From: Botryllus schlosseri | Taxonomy: Eukaryota | Length of the DNA stretch: 60,000 bases | Reading direction: 5' to 3' | Assembly (NCBI GenBank): GCA_051294905.1 | Contig: CM119371.1 | Coordinates: 36,582,001 to 36,642,000, forward strand | Translations under genes and position numbers: made by a program | The notes under the pieces: generated by a model | Seen by the model: only the letters and a program-made list of their open reading frames with translations | The model's database searches: none | What the model was told of the DNA's origin: nothing | In this document: piece by piece, positions 23,511-37,389 of the stretch | Layout: each line of letters opens with the position of its first letter | Numbering within the stretch: position 1 is the stretch's first letter

Positions 23511-25511
23511 CAGTGGCGGCTCGTCCTATAGGGCAACTGGGGCATTGCCCCACCTAAAATTCTGTTCAATAACAGTTCTTTACCATTTATAGACGCACAG
23601 CAATCTATATATACCGAAATCACAGCAAAAATCGTATTCTTCTTGTCCTTTCGCTTGTAAATGCCCATATATATAGCGAAGTCTGCGAAAATCGAATTCT
23701 CTTCGTGTTTTCGCTTTGCAAATGCCTATAGCCGGGGCATGCCCCGGTAGCGCTCATAACAAGCTTTCACTGTCTATTCTCTCAAAGCTGCGCACAATAA
23801 AGAAACATTGATTTACTCTCTCCTATTCATAAAATGACCGAGCAACCGGGGCAACATAGCCTACTCGCCCTTAAGGTGTGATGTAACAATCGTATCTACA
23901 TCTGAACTCGGTTACCGTCATATGCGTTTAGTCGACCTTTGCTGGTATAGGTCGATTTTGATGGTGTTTCACACCATGATAATTCTTGAAACTTGGTATG
24001 TCATGTCGTGATGGTGGTATTTAACATTGTCCCAAGTTTCAGGGTTTCTACTTAAAGTTTAGGGTAGTAATTCCGTTTCCGAAGTTGAGTGTGTGCTGAT
24101 TCGTCATGTATCGCAAACAGATTTTACTCAAAAGCCGGTATTGGTATCCATTGATTTTGACGATGTTCCATACCGAGATCGGTCATGACATTTGGTACGG
24201 TAAGTCTTAATGTTAGTATTCAACGCGGTACCAAGTTTCAAGTTTGTCACTGTACTGTGTTAGTGGTAATTTCGTTTCCTAAATCGAGTGAGAGCTGACT
24301 CGTCATTTATCGCAAACATATTTTACGCAAAGCCGGTATTGGTCTCCATTGATTTTAACGATGCTCCTTACCTAGATCCGTCATGAGCTTTTGCATGGTA
24401 TGTCTTGATTTTAGTATCGAACGCTGTGCCAAGTCTCACGGTTGGCACTCAATGATTAGGGCAGCAATTTCGTTATCAAGGTCGAGATGTTAAAGATGTG
24501 CGCTGATCTGACACTTAGCCTACCTAACGCATTGCGGATTTCACGCAAAAGTCGGCGTATCTGTGTTAACGCTAACTGTGTTCCATACTGAGATAAGTGA
24601 TGAGATGATGATATCATGAAACAGTTTACTAGCATCCTCGGTTTGCATTCAAATATTTACTTTTATTTTATATTCTCCAATGTCAATTTTGACCGTGAAA
24701 TTGTGGCCTTCAGGCCATTTGCTTACAATTACAACCCCTGTCAAGCGCGATAGCTGTTTTGTTTTCGATGGCGGCTAACAGCTGATCGCTTGATCAATGA
24801 TCAGCCTATTCCTCAGTAAATTTTACGCAAAATTCGGTGTTGGTCTGTTTGTATTAATTTTGACAGTGTACCATACCGAAAACGGTCATGAGGCTACTTC
24901 TCGTTGATTTCATGTAACAGTGTACCAAGTTTTCGGCTTTCATCCACGTATTTATTCGGTAATATATTTTCTAAAGGCGATTTTGCAGCAGACATATAGA
25001 CCGTAAGCCGTATGTGTCGTGTGACAGTCTCCAGCACCAAGGCCAAAACATCTCCTATGCTGTATCGGGACCGAATTTCCGAGGCTGCTATCCGTAGTTC
25101 TTCAGAATTATGTTTTGGATTCAATATGACATTGTCCAATCTATGAGATAACAATTGCGTATGTGTCCGAACTCGTTGACCTTTCCAGCTAGGCTTACGC
25201 AATCTCTCGAGTTATAGTCATTTCCATTTCTGCAGATAATTAGTCAAGTCAGGTATAGTGCGAACATGAGCCGTGTGAAATCTTTGTTCCGTACGCCGTT
25301 TACGCAGTTACCACACTTCAAGTCACAGCTCACCGGCAGACCTCTCGCGGCACATACGTTAAATCACTGTTGCCGGGAAGTTCGTGTTACCGTAGTTCGT
25401 ACCACTAAGTTACTTGTTTACGTTGGAAAACTCCATTGTGACGTCATCTTAATAAAAAGTCGCTTGCAGTCCTTTTGCCCCACCACCCGATATTGTCACG
25501 AGCCGCCACTG
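23511..25511. mobile_element. 2-kb hAT-type element with internal ~200-bp tandem repeats
   Basis: TIR CAGTGGCGGCTCGT...ACGAGCCGCCACTG, perfect TSD ATCCAAAC. Confidence 0.85.
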
Positions 25512-25779
25512 ATCCAAACACTGATGCTAGATCTTGAGTGATACCAAACCTTGCACTAATAAGAAGATGTCCCATTGTCCCTGAATGAAGTGTAGCTGGT
25601 AAATGCGTGTAGCTGGTAAACGCGTGTAGCTGCCATTGGTTTTTGATTTAAGTTGTGGTCAAGTCCGTTCGAGATAAGCTCAAGTGCAATAGAAGGGTTT
25701 AGGCACAAAAATCGCTAAAATATATATGTGCTACATGTTATCATTGCACAAACACATGGTAATGTTTAGTCAATTATTT

Positions 25780-27559
25780 GGTGGCGGGATAGCGCAGTGG
25801 TATAATCCGCGGCTGCAACACCAATGGGTTGCGGGTTCGAGGTCATCTTCAGAATTCGTATACCTAAGTGTTGGAGGTTATCTAAGCTCCTACTCGCCAC
25901 CTCATCCGCGTAAGCCAGTGGTTCCCAACCTTTTTCATCTCGTGCCTCCCTTGGCCGAAATTTAAGCCAAAATTCCCCCCTTAGGATAAATCTGCCCAAT
26001 GATTAAAAAAGATCATTTTTACCGCGCAAACAACTGTTGACTGAGAGAATAAGACGGGCTCTACCGAGTGTTTGTTTCTAGCAGTGCTGTAATAACACTT
26101 CGCAGACCTCCAGAAACAATGGTCTTGGTCCCAATCAAACAAATTCTGGAAGGCTTGACTCGACAGACCCCCACACTTCCATTTGTGTGTTTCGGCTTAC
26201 CATGCACCAATCGCTAATGCAACTGCTGTGAAAATCAGTATTCATAAGTTTACTGGTCTCGCGATTTTTTTGCTCAAGCTTGCGTATGCATTTGGCCAAT
26301 AAGATTGGTACTTTCACATACGGCAGCGTTGACCAGACTCGAGTCTGACTCGAGTCACCATTTTCTGATGACTCGACTTGACTCGACTCGAGACAATCTG
26401 GGTATTGACTCGACTTGGACTCGAGTCATTGTGCATGACTCGAACCAAGCCATATGACTCGAGACTATAAAACAGCCAAGACCGACATTTCATTGTAATT
26501 TCGAAGAACAGTAAAGTGACCACCCTATCGGAATTTCGTCTAGTGATCTTGGTACTTGACAATGCGACAAGAAACTGCTCAAAGTGAGGAAAATTAGTAT
26601 ATCACAAATCCAAATCATTCAATATCACCAAACAGTGTTGACTTGAGTGTGACTTGGACTCGGACTCGAGTCATATTACCATGACTCAGACTCTACCCTG
26701 TGCTCGGTGACTTGGACTCGGACTTGACTCAATGGTGAATTGAAAGTGATTCGAATTGACTCGAGTCAAAATTATGAAAGTGAGATTGATTTGTGACTCG
26801 GAGCCTCGGGACTTGGTTACAGCATTGATACTTAACGTACACGTGATCAGATTCCCTGCTGGAGCTGATTGAAATTTAGGACATCCATTACGTTTCGGCA
26901 ACATTGCACAGAGTTTAACATGTCTTTTTTCGATCAGGTTGCTGTTCACTAAAAATAAAGCTAGGCTAGCGATCTCTTTGACTTGAATCGATGACGTTGG
27001 AATATTTTGTCACTGTCTGAAAATGTTGACTTGAAAATATAAAATATATATTTTCACTAGAGGCCTTGTTGTGATAGATTCGGCACGACATTTGCTCGCT
27101 TTAGGATACATTTGATTGAGAGGCCGTCGCTGGCCTACAAAATTGCAGAAAATCTGAACTAGTTTAAAAAGGGGGGGGGGGATTTGTATGTGAAAAAGAG
27201 ATTTCAAATAGCATTTGAACATACTTTCAGCAAACGAAAAACAGGCATAAGGAGCATACGTTCGAACATAACTGGTTGACTACATGACAGTTCGGACATG
27301 AACAATTTGGGAAATCCGTTACAATTCTAAAGTGGAATTCCTCCCTAAAAATTGCAAAATTCCCCCCAAGGGGGGAATTCCTCCCCCGTTGGGAACCACT
27401 GGCGTAAGCGGTGTCTTACAGAAAGCCTAGAAGTGGGCCGTGCTATAAGTCGACAGTTACGGAATAAAAATGAAGAACGTTGTAAATGACCAATGAAGAA
27501 CGTTGTAAATGATCATAGTAGTCAACAAACACCACGAATACCACGAAAACAAACAAATA
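25780..27559 (+). mobile_element. tRNA-derived SINE (family 1), split by a nested MITE
   Basis: A box TAGCGCAGTGG, B box GGTTCGAG, (AAAC)n/AAATAA tail, TSD AATTATTT; uninterrupted 5'-truncated copy at 33125-33330. Confidence 0.82.
25916..27401. mobile_element. hAT/Charlie-type element (CAGTGGTTCCCAAC TIR) with a nested GACTCGAGTC MITE (26324-26827)
   Basis: Perfect TSD GCGTAAGC; the empty site is present once in the SINE copy near 33192. Confidence 0.88.
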
Positions 27560-29961
27560 AATTATTTAAAGTATTAAACTGGAACTCCATATTTGAAAAG
27601 TGTCTCAACAGCCATAATACCTTCCATGCCACCAAACAATGCGTTGGGATTGGAAACATACTGGTTGCTCTTTTTCATATTTTTTCATATGACGATAAGA
27701 GGGGGGAGGGGCGAATTTTTTTACTATCATCAAGGGGCGTGTCGAAAAGACTTTGAGAACTAATGATGTTGGCCTGCAGGTGTGAAGCATCTTGGTAACA
27801 ATGCCGGACAGACTCCCATTATGGTCAGCGAGTCACTCGGTTCCGATAAAAAACTTAGGCACATCTACCATGTAGTGGTACTCTACCCAGAGTGCAGGTG
27901 TTCTTCATCTTTTTGCGAATCGATTGAACGTTTCTTGAAACATTCGCCAAAATACTCGCACAACTGGGTCACAGTGTCTGGCTCCCATTTCTCCATCAGC
28001 CACCTTTTCCATGAATGACTTCATGTCACCACGCTAATCCTCAGTTAGGCCAATTTCTATCATATGTTGATAGATAGCTGCATCGATGAGGAGGTGAGCG
28101 CGGATTTCCCTGTCAAAACATCCTCCATCCATGATGTGGCACCTATTGTGCTTCCAGCATAGACCAACTGTATCCCATATAGTAGTAGCCGAGAACATTC
28201 CATGTTGTTACCAATTGATCCCAGATAAGATTTCAATAGGTGAAAACCACCCAACCTTGGAATGACTGGTAAATTTGTCTACTTCATTATATATATAGCC
28301 TTCAGCCGAATCGGAAGATCGACAGTCACTACAGCGACCCCAACGCGCTGTGTGCACTCTTTAAGAGTGGTGAAGAAGGTTTTGAGGTCATCCGGGTATC
28401 CTTCAACAACTGGAAGGAGCTCGATCTGGGTGCACTGTTTTGCATCATTAGCATTGATTCTCTTCATACAGCTATTCCAGTTGGAATGTTCAACCTCGGG
28501 ATCGTTGGCTTTAATAACCCAGACCGCCGCTCGCCTGGATAGACGAGAGGCTGATCCAATCTGATCCATGAGCCAAAGATCAGAAATTATGGTGAAACAG
28601 CGACGATGCATTCATTAACAATCGACGATGAACTCACACAAGGCAAGGTTCTAGGTTCATATTAGCTTTTTTACTTCGGTACAATTGCGTCCACCTTACC
28701 TTGCTGCATGGCTTAGTACTGTATTTGAGGAATTACTGTACTGGTTTTAAGCCTATATATGTGTGTTTTATCCAGTATTACCCTATACAGAATTTGTTGA
28801 ATCGTTCGGTATCGAATTACGGAACAGTGTACTTATGACGGTATAACTATGCCATCAGTGCCATTACTTTTACATAAATTTCCACAAAACACTCTGTAGT
28901 ACCAATCAATTGAGAATCATGAAAAACCAATAATAAACCCATCCTTAGTTACCTATAGCCGATAAAGATTTTTTTTCAATTTTTTATTTTATTTTATTTT
29001 TTCAAAATTGTCAAATTGAACAGCTTTTTTTCTGGGTTTCCCACAAGAGTTGAACTTCAACATTTTAACACATGTTATAAGAGACCTTGACAGACATATT
29101 GGTGAAGAAATTGTTTGGTAACACTATAGTTCACAGATTTGTGAAATATTTCATAAAACGCTCTTACTATTAAAACGGATCTGGTTTAAAACAAACGCGT
29201 CGCCAAATTCCGATGGTTCACTGAACTCTATTTTCCAGATCAGAGGCTCCAATATTTTTTATGGTCGCGACCCCACCTCTTAATTTGGCGAGCTGATAAC
29301 TAAAAACAAGGTAAGCACCTTCGCCCAAACGTGTACTCGGGACCGTAACAGCACATCGTCAGGTCCCCCCAGAACGTTGGTCTTAGGCCCCATATGGTGA
29401 TAAACCTAACTTATGAGGGAGCTTCACCCCCAAATACTCCCCTCAGCCTGTATACGCTATTTGCCGCTATCTATCAGCTACATTTGATGTACTGTTTAGT
29501 GCAGGGGTCACCAACCTTTTTACAACCAAGATCTACTTCTTAGGTACTGGTTGAAGCGGCGGGCTACCTTTCACTCCAGTCGTCTGCCCGTATGAGACTA
29601 AATTTCCACTTTTATATTCATAGCACTGAGCAGGAATCGCATTGTGGGAAGACTTCTAAGACTTTCTTGTAAAATCAAAGCATCTTAATTCAACTAGCCA
29701 GCCACAATTATTTTTCAAGAAATAATGAATTACTTCGCACCATGTTTGTATAAATTATGCAACAATGGTCAACTCAAATTTTTAAATACATGTAAATCAT
29801 GTCACACTTTGGACTGATTGATTGATGGCCATATTAACTGTGGAAAACGATGGAAAACCAAACGAACCACAAAAGACGTCGATCAAATTCACGAAGATAT
29901 GGGTCCGAAAAACAGAGAAAAACTACTAAAATGATGAGTAAATGACTGGCCATCATGTTAA

Positions 29962-30370
29962 GCGGGGGAGAAAGTGTAGTGGTCACGATAAGCGCCCACC
30001 AATCTGACGGACCGGATTCGATTCCCGTCGGAGGTTTATTTGGGCTCCTCTTCCCCCGCCGTTGCCGTTCTTACGGCGACAAAAAAGCCCAGTAAATGAC
30101 CCGACGAAAGAATGCACTCACAACGAATGGAAAGAACTAGTAGATAGGGCCGCGGCTTCAAAAAAGATCAACATCGAAAAGAACTGTGACATCGGGCACT
30201 CTAGGCCTGGATGTTAGAGTAAAGGATCGCTACCGATGCGTGTCGTTCGACATCCTCCTATCTGTTCATGACATCGCATTGTGTCTTATCGCATTGTACG
30301 TTGTGTGTGACTTGTTCAGATGAAAAATATAACCCAACGATATTATCTATTATTATATTATTATCTATAT
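29962..30370 (+). mobile_element. tRNA-derived SINE (family 2) with LINE-like 3' tail
   Basis: A-box-like AGTGTAGTGG, B box GGATTCGATTCCC; 3' part resembles the LINE tail at 38510-38646; TAT-rich tail. Confidence 0.65.
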
Positions 30371-30386
30371 CAGTCCGTGGGAAGCC

Positions 30387-32890
30387 CAGTGACGTAGCAG
30401 CATGTGCTGCCGCCCATGGCTTACGTTGAAAATGACGCCCCCTTAAATAGATCGCAGCAAATTTCGACACATAGTTTCATGTCCAAGCAATCATTTCAAT
30501 AAAAATAATTACAAATAATATGCCGCGTTTCATAAGTTCCATATTGCTTGACAAAGAAGCCTCACCGTCTCAGCGTTTATAATGCCAAAAATAATAAAGA
30601 CAAGAAATAGCGAACGAATGTATTATTAGGCCAGGGGCGGCCAACCCATCGCCCGCGAGAAGATTTTGAGTGGCTCGCGAGATAGTTCCCGAAATTAGCT
30701 GTAATATCAAAAAATAAATATTCCATGTAATATACTACGTTTAGATATATCGTTTAATATCGACGCAACAAAATATGTACTTTATTGTGAATTTGCAAGG
30801 CCAACCTACAATTTGATTAGCTTGACCGGGAAATTTGGGTTGTTGGTGACTTATTCATCAGTTCCGACGCATTGGCGTAGCCAGAGTCCTGCAACATTTT
30901 TCGTAGATATTCGTATATGACCATGAAATAGAATATCTCGTGGTAGATTTATTTGGGTTGATATTTTTTCAGCACTTAGCGCGATTTATTGAGTCTCAAT
31001 TTCTCGCTTTAAGTACCCCCTCCTGAAAATTTACCGAACTGAGTCTGGCAATACTATCAATTACGAGAAAACGTGTCGTCCAACATCCGACTTCGCATCT
31101 GTACCTGCAGAAAGATGGTATAGGCGATGAAACCTTTGCACAAAATGATAGACGCATCCACTCCGGAATCTTCAATATTTATATGTCTATAAGCGCCGAA
31201 TAACCCTGTCGTTGTCGAATGAGCCCAGCGGCATACAGAGACGACCCGCAATATATGCGAGTGGCATTGGCAGAACTCATTAATTAACTTTGAAAAATGT
31301 TAGCGCATTGCGCGGTTAGTTCATGAGTGAAATATATACACGCTACCTTTTCATGACATAGTTATCCATTTTGATGCATAGTAGTATCAGTCTTGTTTTC
31401 ATCGTTACGTATAATCCAGCTCGCTCGACTGAAGAAAGGTCATCAACATTCAACATCCAAGTCGCCCGCGCAATGATTCGCAAATCTCATGTGGTCCTTT
31501 AGCCGAAAAGGTTGGCCGCCTGTATCAGGCGTATAAAATCAGTAGCTGCCTTTATAACTGAACCTTTCGGGCTTTCGCCGAAGCGAAATCAGCGACAATA
31601 TCCTCAAAATGAAGTTTTTGAGCGAATAGTCCCTTTCTATAGAAAGAAGGGATGGAGCTGATAGTCGATCATCATTCATGGTAGAACGTAAATAAGACTT
31701 TATCAGTTTGAGCTTTGAGAAGCTCCTCTCACAGCTCGCAATTGAAACACCAATGTTCAGACTAAGTTTCAGACGCGAGCATAAATATGGTGTCGAATGA
31801 AGTAGATGTGATTTAACCAACCACTGTGAAACATCAAACGCTGTTGCATTAAGATCAAACGTGGTATCACTGCTCCGCACCAGCCTCGCAAATCTGTCAA
31901 TTCCGCAGCTAACTCCAATTTAATAATACTGATCTTAATCGAAAGCTATTTTTGGCGCCCTGATTCCGGAAACACAATTTAAAAGCTGGTCAGGACAGCC
32001 GAACCACCCCGAAATAGCCGTCAAAGTCTGAAAGTCGGCATTGTTCCGAATAACCACTCGATACAATTTCCATTATCATTGTCAATTGGTCATCTTGTTC
32101 CGGCGCTCCGATTGTTTGGAACAATCGGTCTTGACGGCTATTTCGGAGTGCTTCCATTGCCATGCTCACATTTTAATTCGTGTTTTCGGAATCACTGCGA
32201 CACTAGCTTTCGATAGAGACCAATTGATTAAATTTGAACTCTCGGGTTGCCAGCGATAGGACTACCAATTATACGCTGCTTTTAACCGGTTGTGTACACT
32301 ATGCCAGGGTTGTAAGGACTCGAGTCATGATTTTCTGATGACTCGACTTGACTCTAGTCATTCTCTCAAAATGCGAAAATGACTCGAATCGACTCCAGTC
32401 AATCAGTGTATTGACTCGACTTTGACTCGAGGCATTGCACATGACTCGAACCAAGTCATATGACTCGAGACTCAGGCGGCCAAGACCGCCGTTCCATTGT
32501 AATTTCGAAGAACAGTAAAGAAACCACACTATTGAGATTCCGTATATTGGTACTGGTACTTGAAAATGCGACCGGGAACTGCTAAAATTGAGGAAAATTA
32601 GGATAATATAAATGCGAACCATTCGATATCACCAAACAGAGTTATAAAAAGTGGGTTTAACAAGATTTTCACTGGAAATTGAGCAGTCAGCACAATGACT
32701 TGGACTCGGACTTGACTCGGTGGTGAATTGAAAATGACTCGACTTGACTCGAGTCAGAACGATAAAAAGTGAGATTAACTTGTGACTAGGAGCCTTGTGA
32801 CTTGGTTACAGCCCTGCACTTTGCACTGTGCAGCCACATTTGCCGCCCCCGGCGCAGAGCCATAACCGCCTAGTGGCTGTTACGCCACTG
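30387..32890 (-). mobile_element. hAT transposon remnant (ZMYM1-like) with two nested MITEs (30632-31522, 32305-32816)
   Basis: TIR CAGTG(A/G)CGTA, TSD GGGAAGCC/GGGAAGCG. hATC motif VSIASCERSFSKLKLIKSYLRSTMNDDRLS. Nested TSDs TATTAGGC/TATCAGGC and CACTATGC/CACTTTGC. Confidence 0.85.
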
Positions 32891-33124
32891 GGGAAGCGTG
32901 GCATTGCATGCTATCAACTAGTACGCTGTGCTACGATATGTAACTTGACACTGCAACTGTCAGCGAGTCTTCCAGATGTGCATCAGTGAGGCGTGTTCTG
33001 TTATTGTTTTTGATGAAGTGCATGTCAGAAAAGAATTATTCACAACAAGTTGTACCAAACATGCTTGCAACCTTCTTAGCTGCTGCGCATGCACCACTGT
33101 ACTTCTCCGTGTCAACAAGGAACG

Positions 33125-33330
33125 CTCGACTTCAAAATTCCGATACCTAAGTGTTGGAGGTTTACCTAGGCTCCTCCTCGCCACCTCATCCGCGTAAGCG
33201 GTGTCTTACGAAAAGCCTAGAGGTGGGCCGTGCTATAAGTCGGCAGTTACGGAAAATAATGAACAATATGGGCCCGGTGTAAATGACCATAGTAGTCGAC
33301 AAACGCCCCGAATACCACAAACAAACAAAT
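33125..33330 (+). mobile_element. 5'-truncated SINE family 1 copy
   Basis: Matches 25850-25915 joined to 27410-27559; TSD AAGGAACG. Confidence 0.8.
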
Positions 33331-33518
33331 AAGGAACGAAAAGTTTGGTGCAGCCAGGTGGGCTATGAGGTGGAGGTCATTTGAGTTACAATTTCAACCC
33401 CCAACTGATTTCGTTGAGCCGGACAGCAGTAACAATTACAGAAAGTTAGAAACATGCTACTAAACTACGTCGAGTGTAAGAGAATCAAGCTGTGTCAAAA
33501 GATACAATACCTAATGAG

Positions 33519-34393
33519 TAGGGCGATTTTTTTTTGACATGTCAAAAAAAGTCAAAATTAGGTCAAAATTGTAGCGTTAGGTCAAAAAATGTCAAAATTG
33601 TTTACGAAATTAAAACTTTTTTGCAACCTGCATTTCGTTTGTACCGTAGATTTTTCACTTTCGGTGCACTTATCATTTAGCATTTTACAGTTTATAGCCT
33701 ACTTTATAGGCCTACCGTTGTAGATGGGTCCATTGTCTGCTCATCGTGAATCATATTAAAAAATTCAAATGAAGCAAATGGTGCTATGCTCAACGTACCG
33801 CAATATCCCAACTGAGGCAAGACTGCGTGGGCATTGCATGGTTCTTATATCAAGAAGCGCACGATGACAAATTGTTATATAGACGACGTTGTCAGAATGA
33901 AGCAACACGGTTCGTCACCAGCAGTGTACGCACAACTTCAATGTTGCCAGCCAACAACACCTTCTGTTGAACGTTCTTTCTCCATTCTTGGCAAGCTACT
34001 TAGTAAGGACAGACACTTTCTACCCGAGAATGTAGGAAAGTATCTTCCGTTGTACTACAATTTGATTTAATTATTTCTGTCATAGTACGTGATGTAACTA
34101 CTGGAATTCTTCATCGGGCCAGATTTCGGTAAAATATTAGTTTTTTCATGTAAAATTTTGTCGGTTTTTGAGCCAAAAACGTTTTTTCAGGCCAAACTAC
34201 TTCGTAAGGACAGACAGTTTCAACCAGAAATGAATATTAGTAGTATAATTTTAACATTATGTGCGAAAACACCTAATTTGCATACGTGAGGTCAAAATTT
34301 GGTCAAAATTCAGTTTTTTTAGGTAAAAAAAAGTCGAAATTTGGATTTTTCAGGTCAAAATCTTCCGTTTTTTAGGTTAAAAAAATCGCCCTA
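33519..34393 (+). mobile_element. Non-autonomous hAT element with dimerisation-domain remnant
   Basis: TIR TAGGGCGATTTTT, TSD CTAATGAG/GTAATGAG; QPTTPSVERSFSILGKLL. Confidence 0.85.
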
Positions 34394-35036
34394 GTAATGA
34401 GCATACATACATTGAAAATCTGCTAGTGCAGTGCTTTTCCATCTGTGTGACGGTCTCACTTGTGCGAATGAAAATGATTGCAGTGCGAATGACGAAGGTG
34501 GTGCGAATGAAAATCCTGGATGAGTGCGAATGAAAATCGTGAATAAATAAATTGTTAATTTTTCTGACCTGGAATGATTCAAATAAACCTGATGGGAAAT
34601 CCATGAGCAGTGTAACTTTTGTTGTTGCGACGCAATTGTAAAAACTTGTATAACTTACGACGCACCACTAATCGTAGCTCTCACAAACCGCAGTGAATTA
34701 ATATTTTCGCACTATATTTATTACGTAACCAAAAGCCCGGTTTGGAAGCTTGTGTAGTGGCAGACATACAGCATATCAGCCCGTCTTATCGTGGCTGAAA
34801 AAATGACGTCAAATTGACTATCTGCTCTTTTTCGCTAAACAATCATCACACTTTGGTAATAACTGTTCGATTAGTGCGAGGCACGCGGATAGTAGTAAAT
34901 ACCATCATTACAGACTCGTATTTGGAAGTTACTGTAACGCAAATTTTCACCCCTCCAAGGGTTATTAAAGCATGGACCGCAAAGGCTTTAATTTTAATCT
35001 CACGGTGCCTGAGTTATCTGGTAATATGTATGTAAT

Positions 35037-35850
35037 TGTAACGATAGCGTACCATCTTTGTTTAGAAGTACCAAGCCATGCGTGTGATCCTGATGTAAGC
35101 CGTGCTCTTGGTCTCCTGTTGTTCATATTTAATTGTCATATTTAGTAATTGTTTACCTTTCTACAGGCATAATTAGTAATTAAGATCAATGATGTTAGTG
35201 TAGGATTGTTGCCGGAATAAATTGGTAAGATTTGAAGATTTGCATTGTTAGATAGGACGCAGTAGGCTAGTATTGATTCTGTTTTTGTGTAACTTTTAGT
35301 TCACCGTATCACTTCCGTATTTCCACTGCAAAAAGAAGATTCATGCGCCTTGGCTTTAGTCAACGAATATATTGAATGATATACAAGTGTGGATTTGGTT
35401 GTGGTACGCGTTGACTACCGGGAGCCTTGCTATGTAATTCGAGTTGATCTTGAAAAGCCGTAATAGTGAACAATTTAGGGAACAATTTACTGAACAATCT
35501 ATAGTGAACAAGATATTGTTAGTGAACAATTCACAACAATAGAGGACATTTTCAAGTCAGCCCAAGCTTGGTGAAGGTTTTGCACTCCGAAGGAAGGTGG
35601 AGTTATACTGTAAATATTCAAGACATCATTATTGAGTCGTAAGGAAGGAATCAAAATGCTTGATAGTGATGATCCAATTACAGAGGCTCCTGCCCGTCAG
35701 GAACCTGAAGATGCAATTCCCTCTAGTCAGTCTAGTGAATTAGCGGGAACAAGTAACCAGGAAGTGTCTGAAGCAGACGTCCAAGAAGGACGCAAGAGAA
35801 CTCCAACAGAAAAAGGTACTGAATATGCTATTGCTATTGGGCTCGAAAGT
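35037..35850 (+). mobile_element. Probable BEL/Pao LTR retrotransposon 5' remnant (LTR about 35037-35465 plus start of gag)
   Basis: TGTAACG...CGTAATA LTR-like ends; RKRTPTEKGTEY resembles the R.R.LTEKG..Y motif seen at BEL gag N-termini. Confidence 0.5.
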
Positions 35851-37389
35851 CACGTGACTTGTGGTTCGCTGGGGCCAAACAACTATATTAGATAGCCGCT
35901 CCCTGTGCTAATTTGCGATATTGGTCTGTTTTCAAATCGTATTTTCTGTCTCAGTGAGGTTGTTTGAAGTACAGTTCTGGGTTTTATGTTATCTTCTATG
36001 ACTTATTAGCTAGTTTCAGGACTTTTAGACACTAACTAGGTAGGTTTATGTTGTTTTGCAGCCGCGCAAAATGCCAGGGTATAACGTGCCAATTTGTTAT
36101 AATGGATGAGAAAACAATTCGTAGTCTTTCCATCGACTTCTGAATTGCCAGAAAACGACAGGAAAGTGACTGAAATTAATAAAACTATAGTGGGAATGAT
36201 AAATATAATTAACATTTGATCTATGTTGACTTGTTTGTTTGGTGGTGTCAAATGTCACACCGGTATTTTGTGTGCCCCAAGACAGCGTAATCGAGTCAGC
36301 TTCAATAACAAATGATTTAAGATAACCCACAATTATTAGATTTTTATTAAAGTGTTCATATAGTAAAATTGGCCTAAGAATAGATGCATCAACTGCAGGC
36401 ATCGGTTAGCTATTAAGATATCTGTGCCATTTATCGAAAAAGATGATCAAGAATTTCGGTCAGCCAAATTTAAGTTTAACCATGCCAATCAGAAGGAAGT
36501 TATTGATTGTTTCAAGGATAGTGCTGAGAAGACTGCGGACAAGAGTACCGTACTTTCGATTTGGTTTTTGTGATGATGCAGCGATTTACAATTTGGTATC
36601 ATTCTAACTGGAATGTAAATATTCTTTTAATGGAAGACCAGGTCTTGCTGTTACTCATGACACTACTTCGTATAATTTAGTACTGGCACTGTTGCCAATG
36701 TTTTTTCTAAATTTTGGTCAAGTTTCTATACATCAGTGTTGTTCAAAAACAACTTTTTTTCCAAATTTCACTGTCTCGTGAACCAAATTGTTAGGTTGGC
36801 TTGAAAAAAGGTTGCACACTAGATTTGGCTCAATTCCAACTTGCAGAAGTGAAGCTATCAGATTCTTCAAAAAAAATGAATTTATTGAAAAAATAAAATA
36901 GTTTTATAAAATTATACTGGCTATGCCATGAAATGGTTGAGTTTTCAAAAAAAAATGTATAGCAAATTGGCCTAGTTTAGCCAAATTTAAAAATTTTCTA
37001 CATTCAGTAGCTTTTGCATTGCCCTATACAAAATTTACACTAATTTCTTGAACAAAAATCAGAGGGTAGGCTAATTCATAACCATTTTATTCTCTTTATA
37101 GATACTTTTAGATGTTTAACAAATCAATGCAAACATTGATGCTAGCCTCACTAATCTGTACCTGATTGCTGTGCTAGTGAAGTTGCACTGTGCGCTATAT
37201 GTAAACCATATCCGAGGCATCTCTGATCCCGGCATCTTGTATGATGCGATTGGTATCTCTGCCAAAAACTGCTCTCCAGAAGACACCATCTCCTTTATCG
37301 CAAGAACGAGAAGCACACGCACGCTATTTACCCCTTGAACTGTGAGAAAATGCAGCTCAACTGTCTATGGAATGACATCACCGTAGGGA

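Larger units (their letters stand above)
23317..27765. mobile_element. hAT/Charlie-type non-autonomous element interrupting the Academ transposase
   Basis: Left end CAGTGGTTCTGAAAC, degenerate right end TTTGAGAAC; transposase remnants resume on both sides. Confidence 0.55.
21695..29169 (-). mobile_element. Academ DNA transposon remnant
   Basis: About 260-bp inverted termini (21695-21950 and 28905-29169) with TAG...CTA ends. Degraded transposase on minus: (RL)GGFHLLKSYLGSIG near 28250 and the C-terminal PSDYGW...LAPDELLQFTSCSC...C...CKK...C..C near 22150-22350. Confidence 0.8.

Noticed and set aside
25780..25850. tRNA gene (also 29962-30030)
   Set aside because: A and B boxes are present but the cloverleaf is incomplete, and both continue into SINE bodies with tails.
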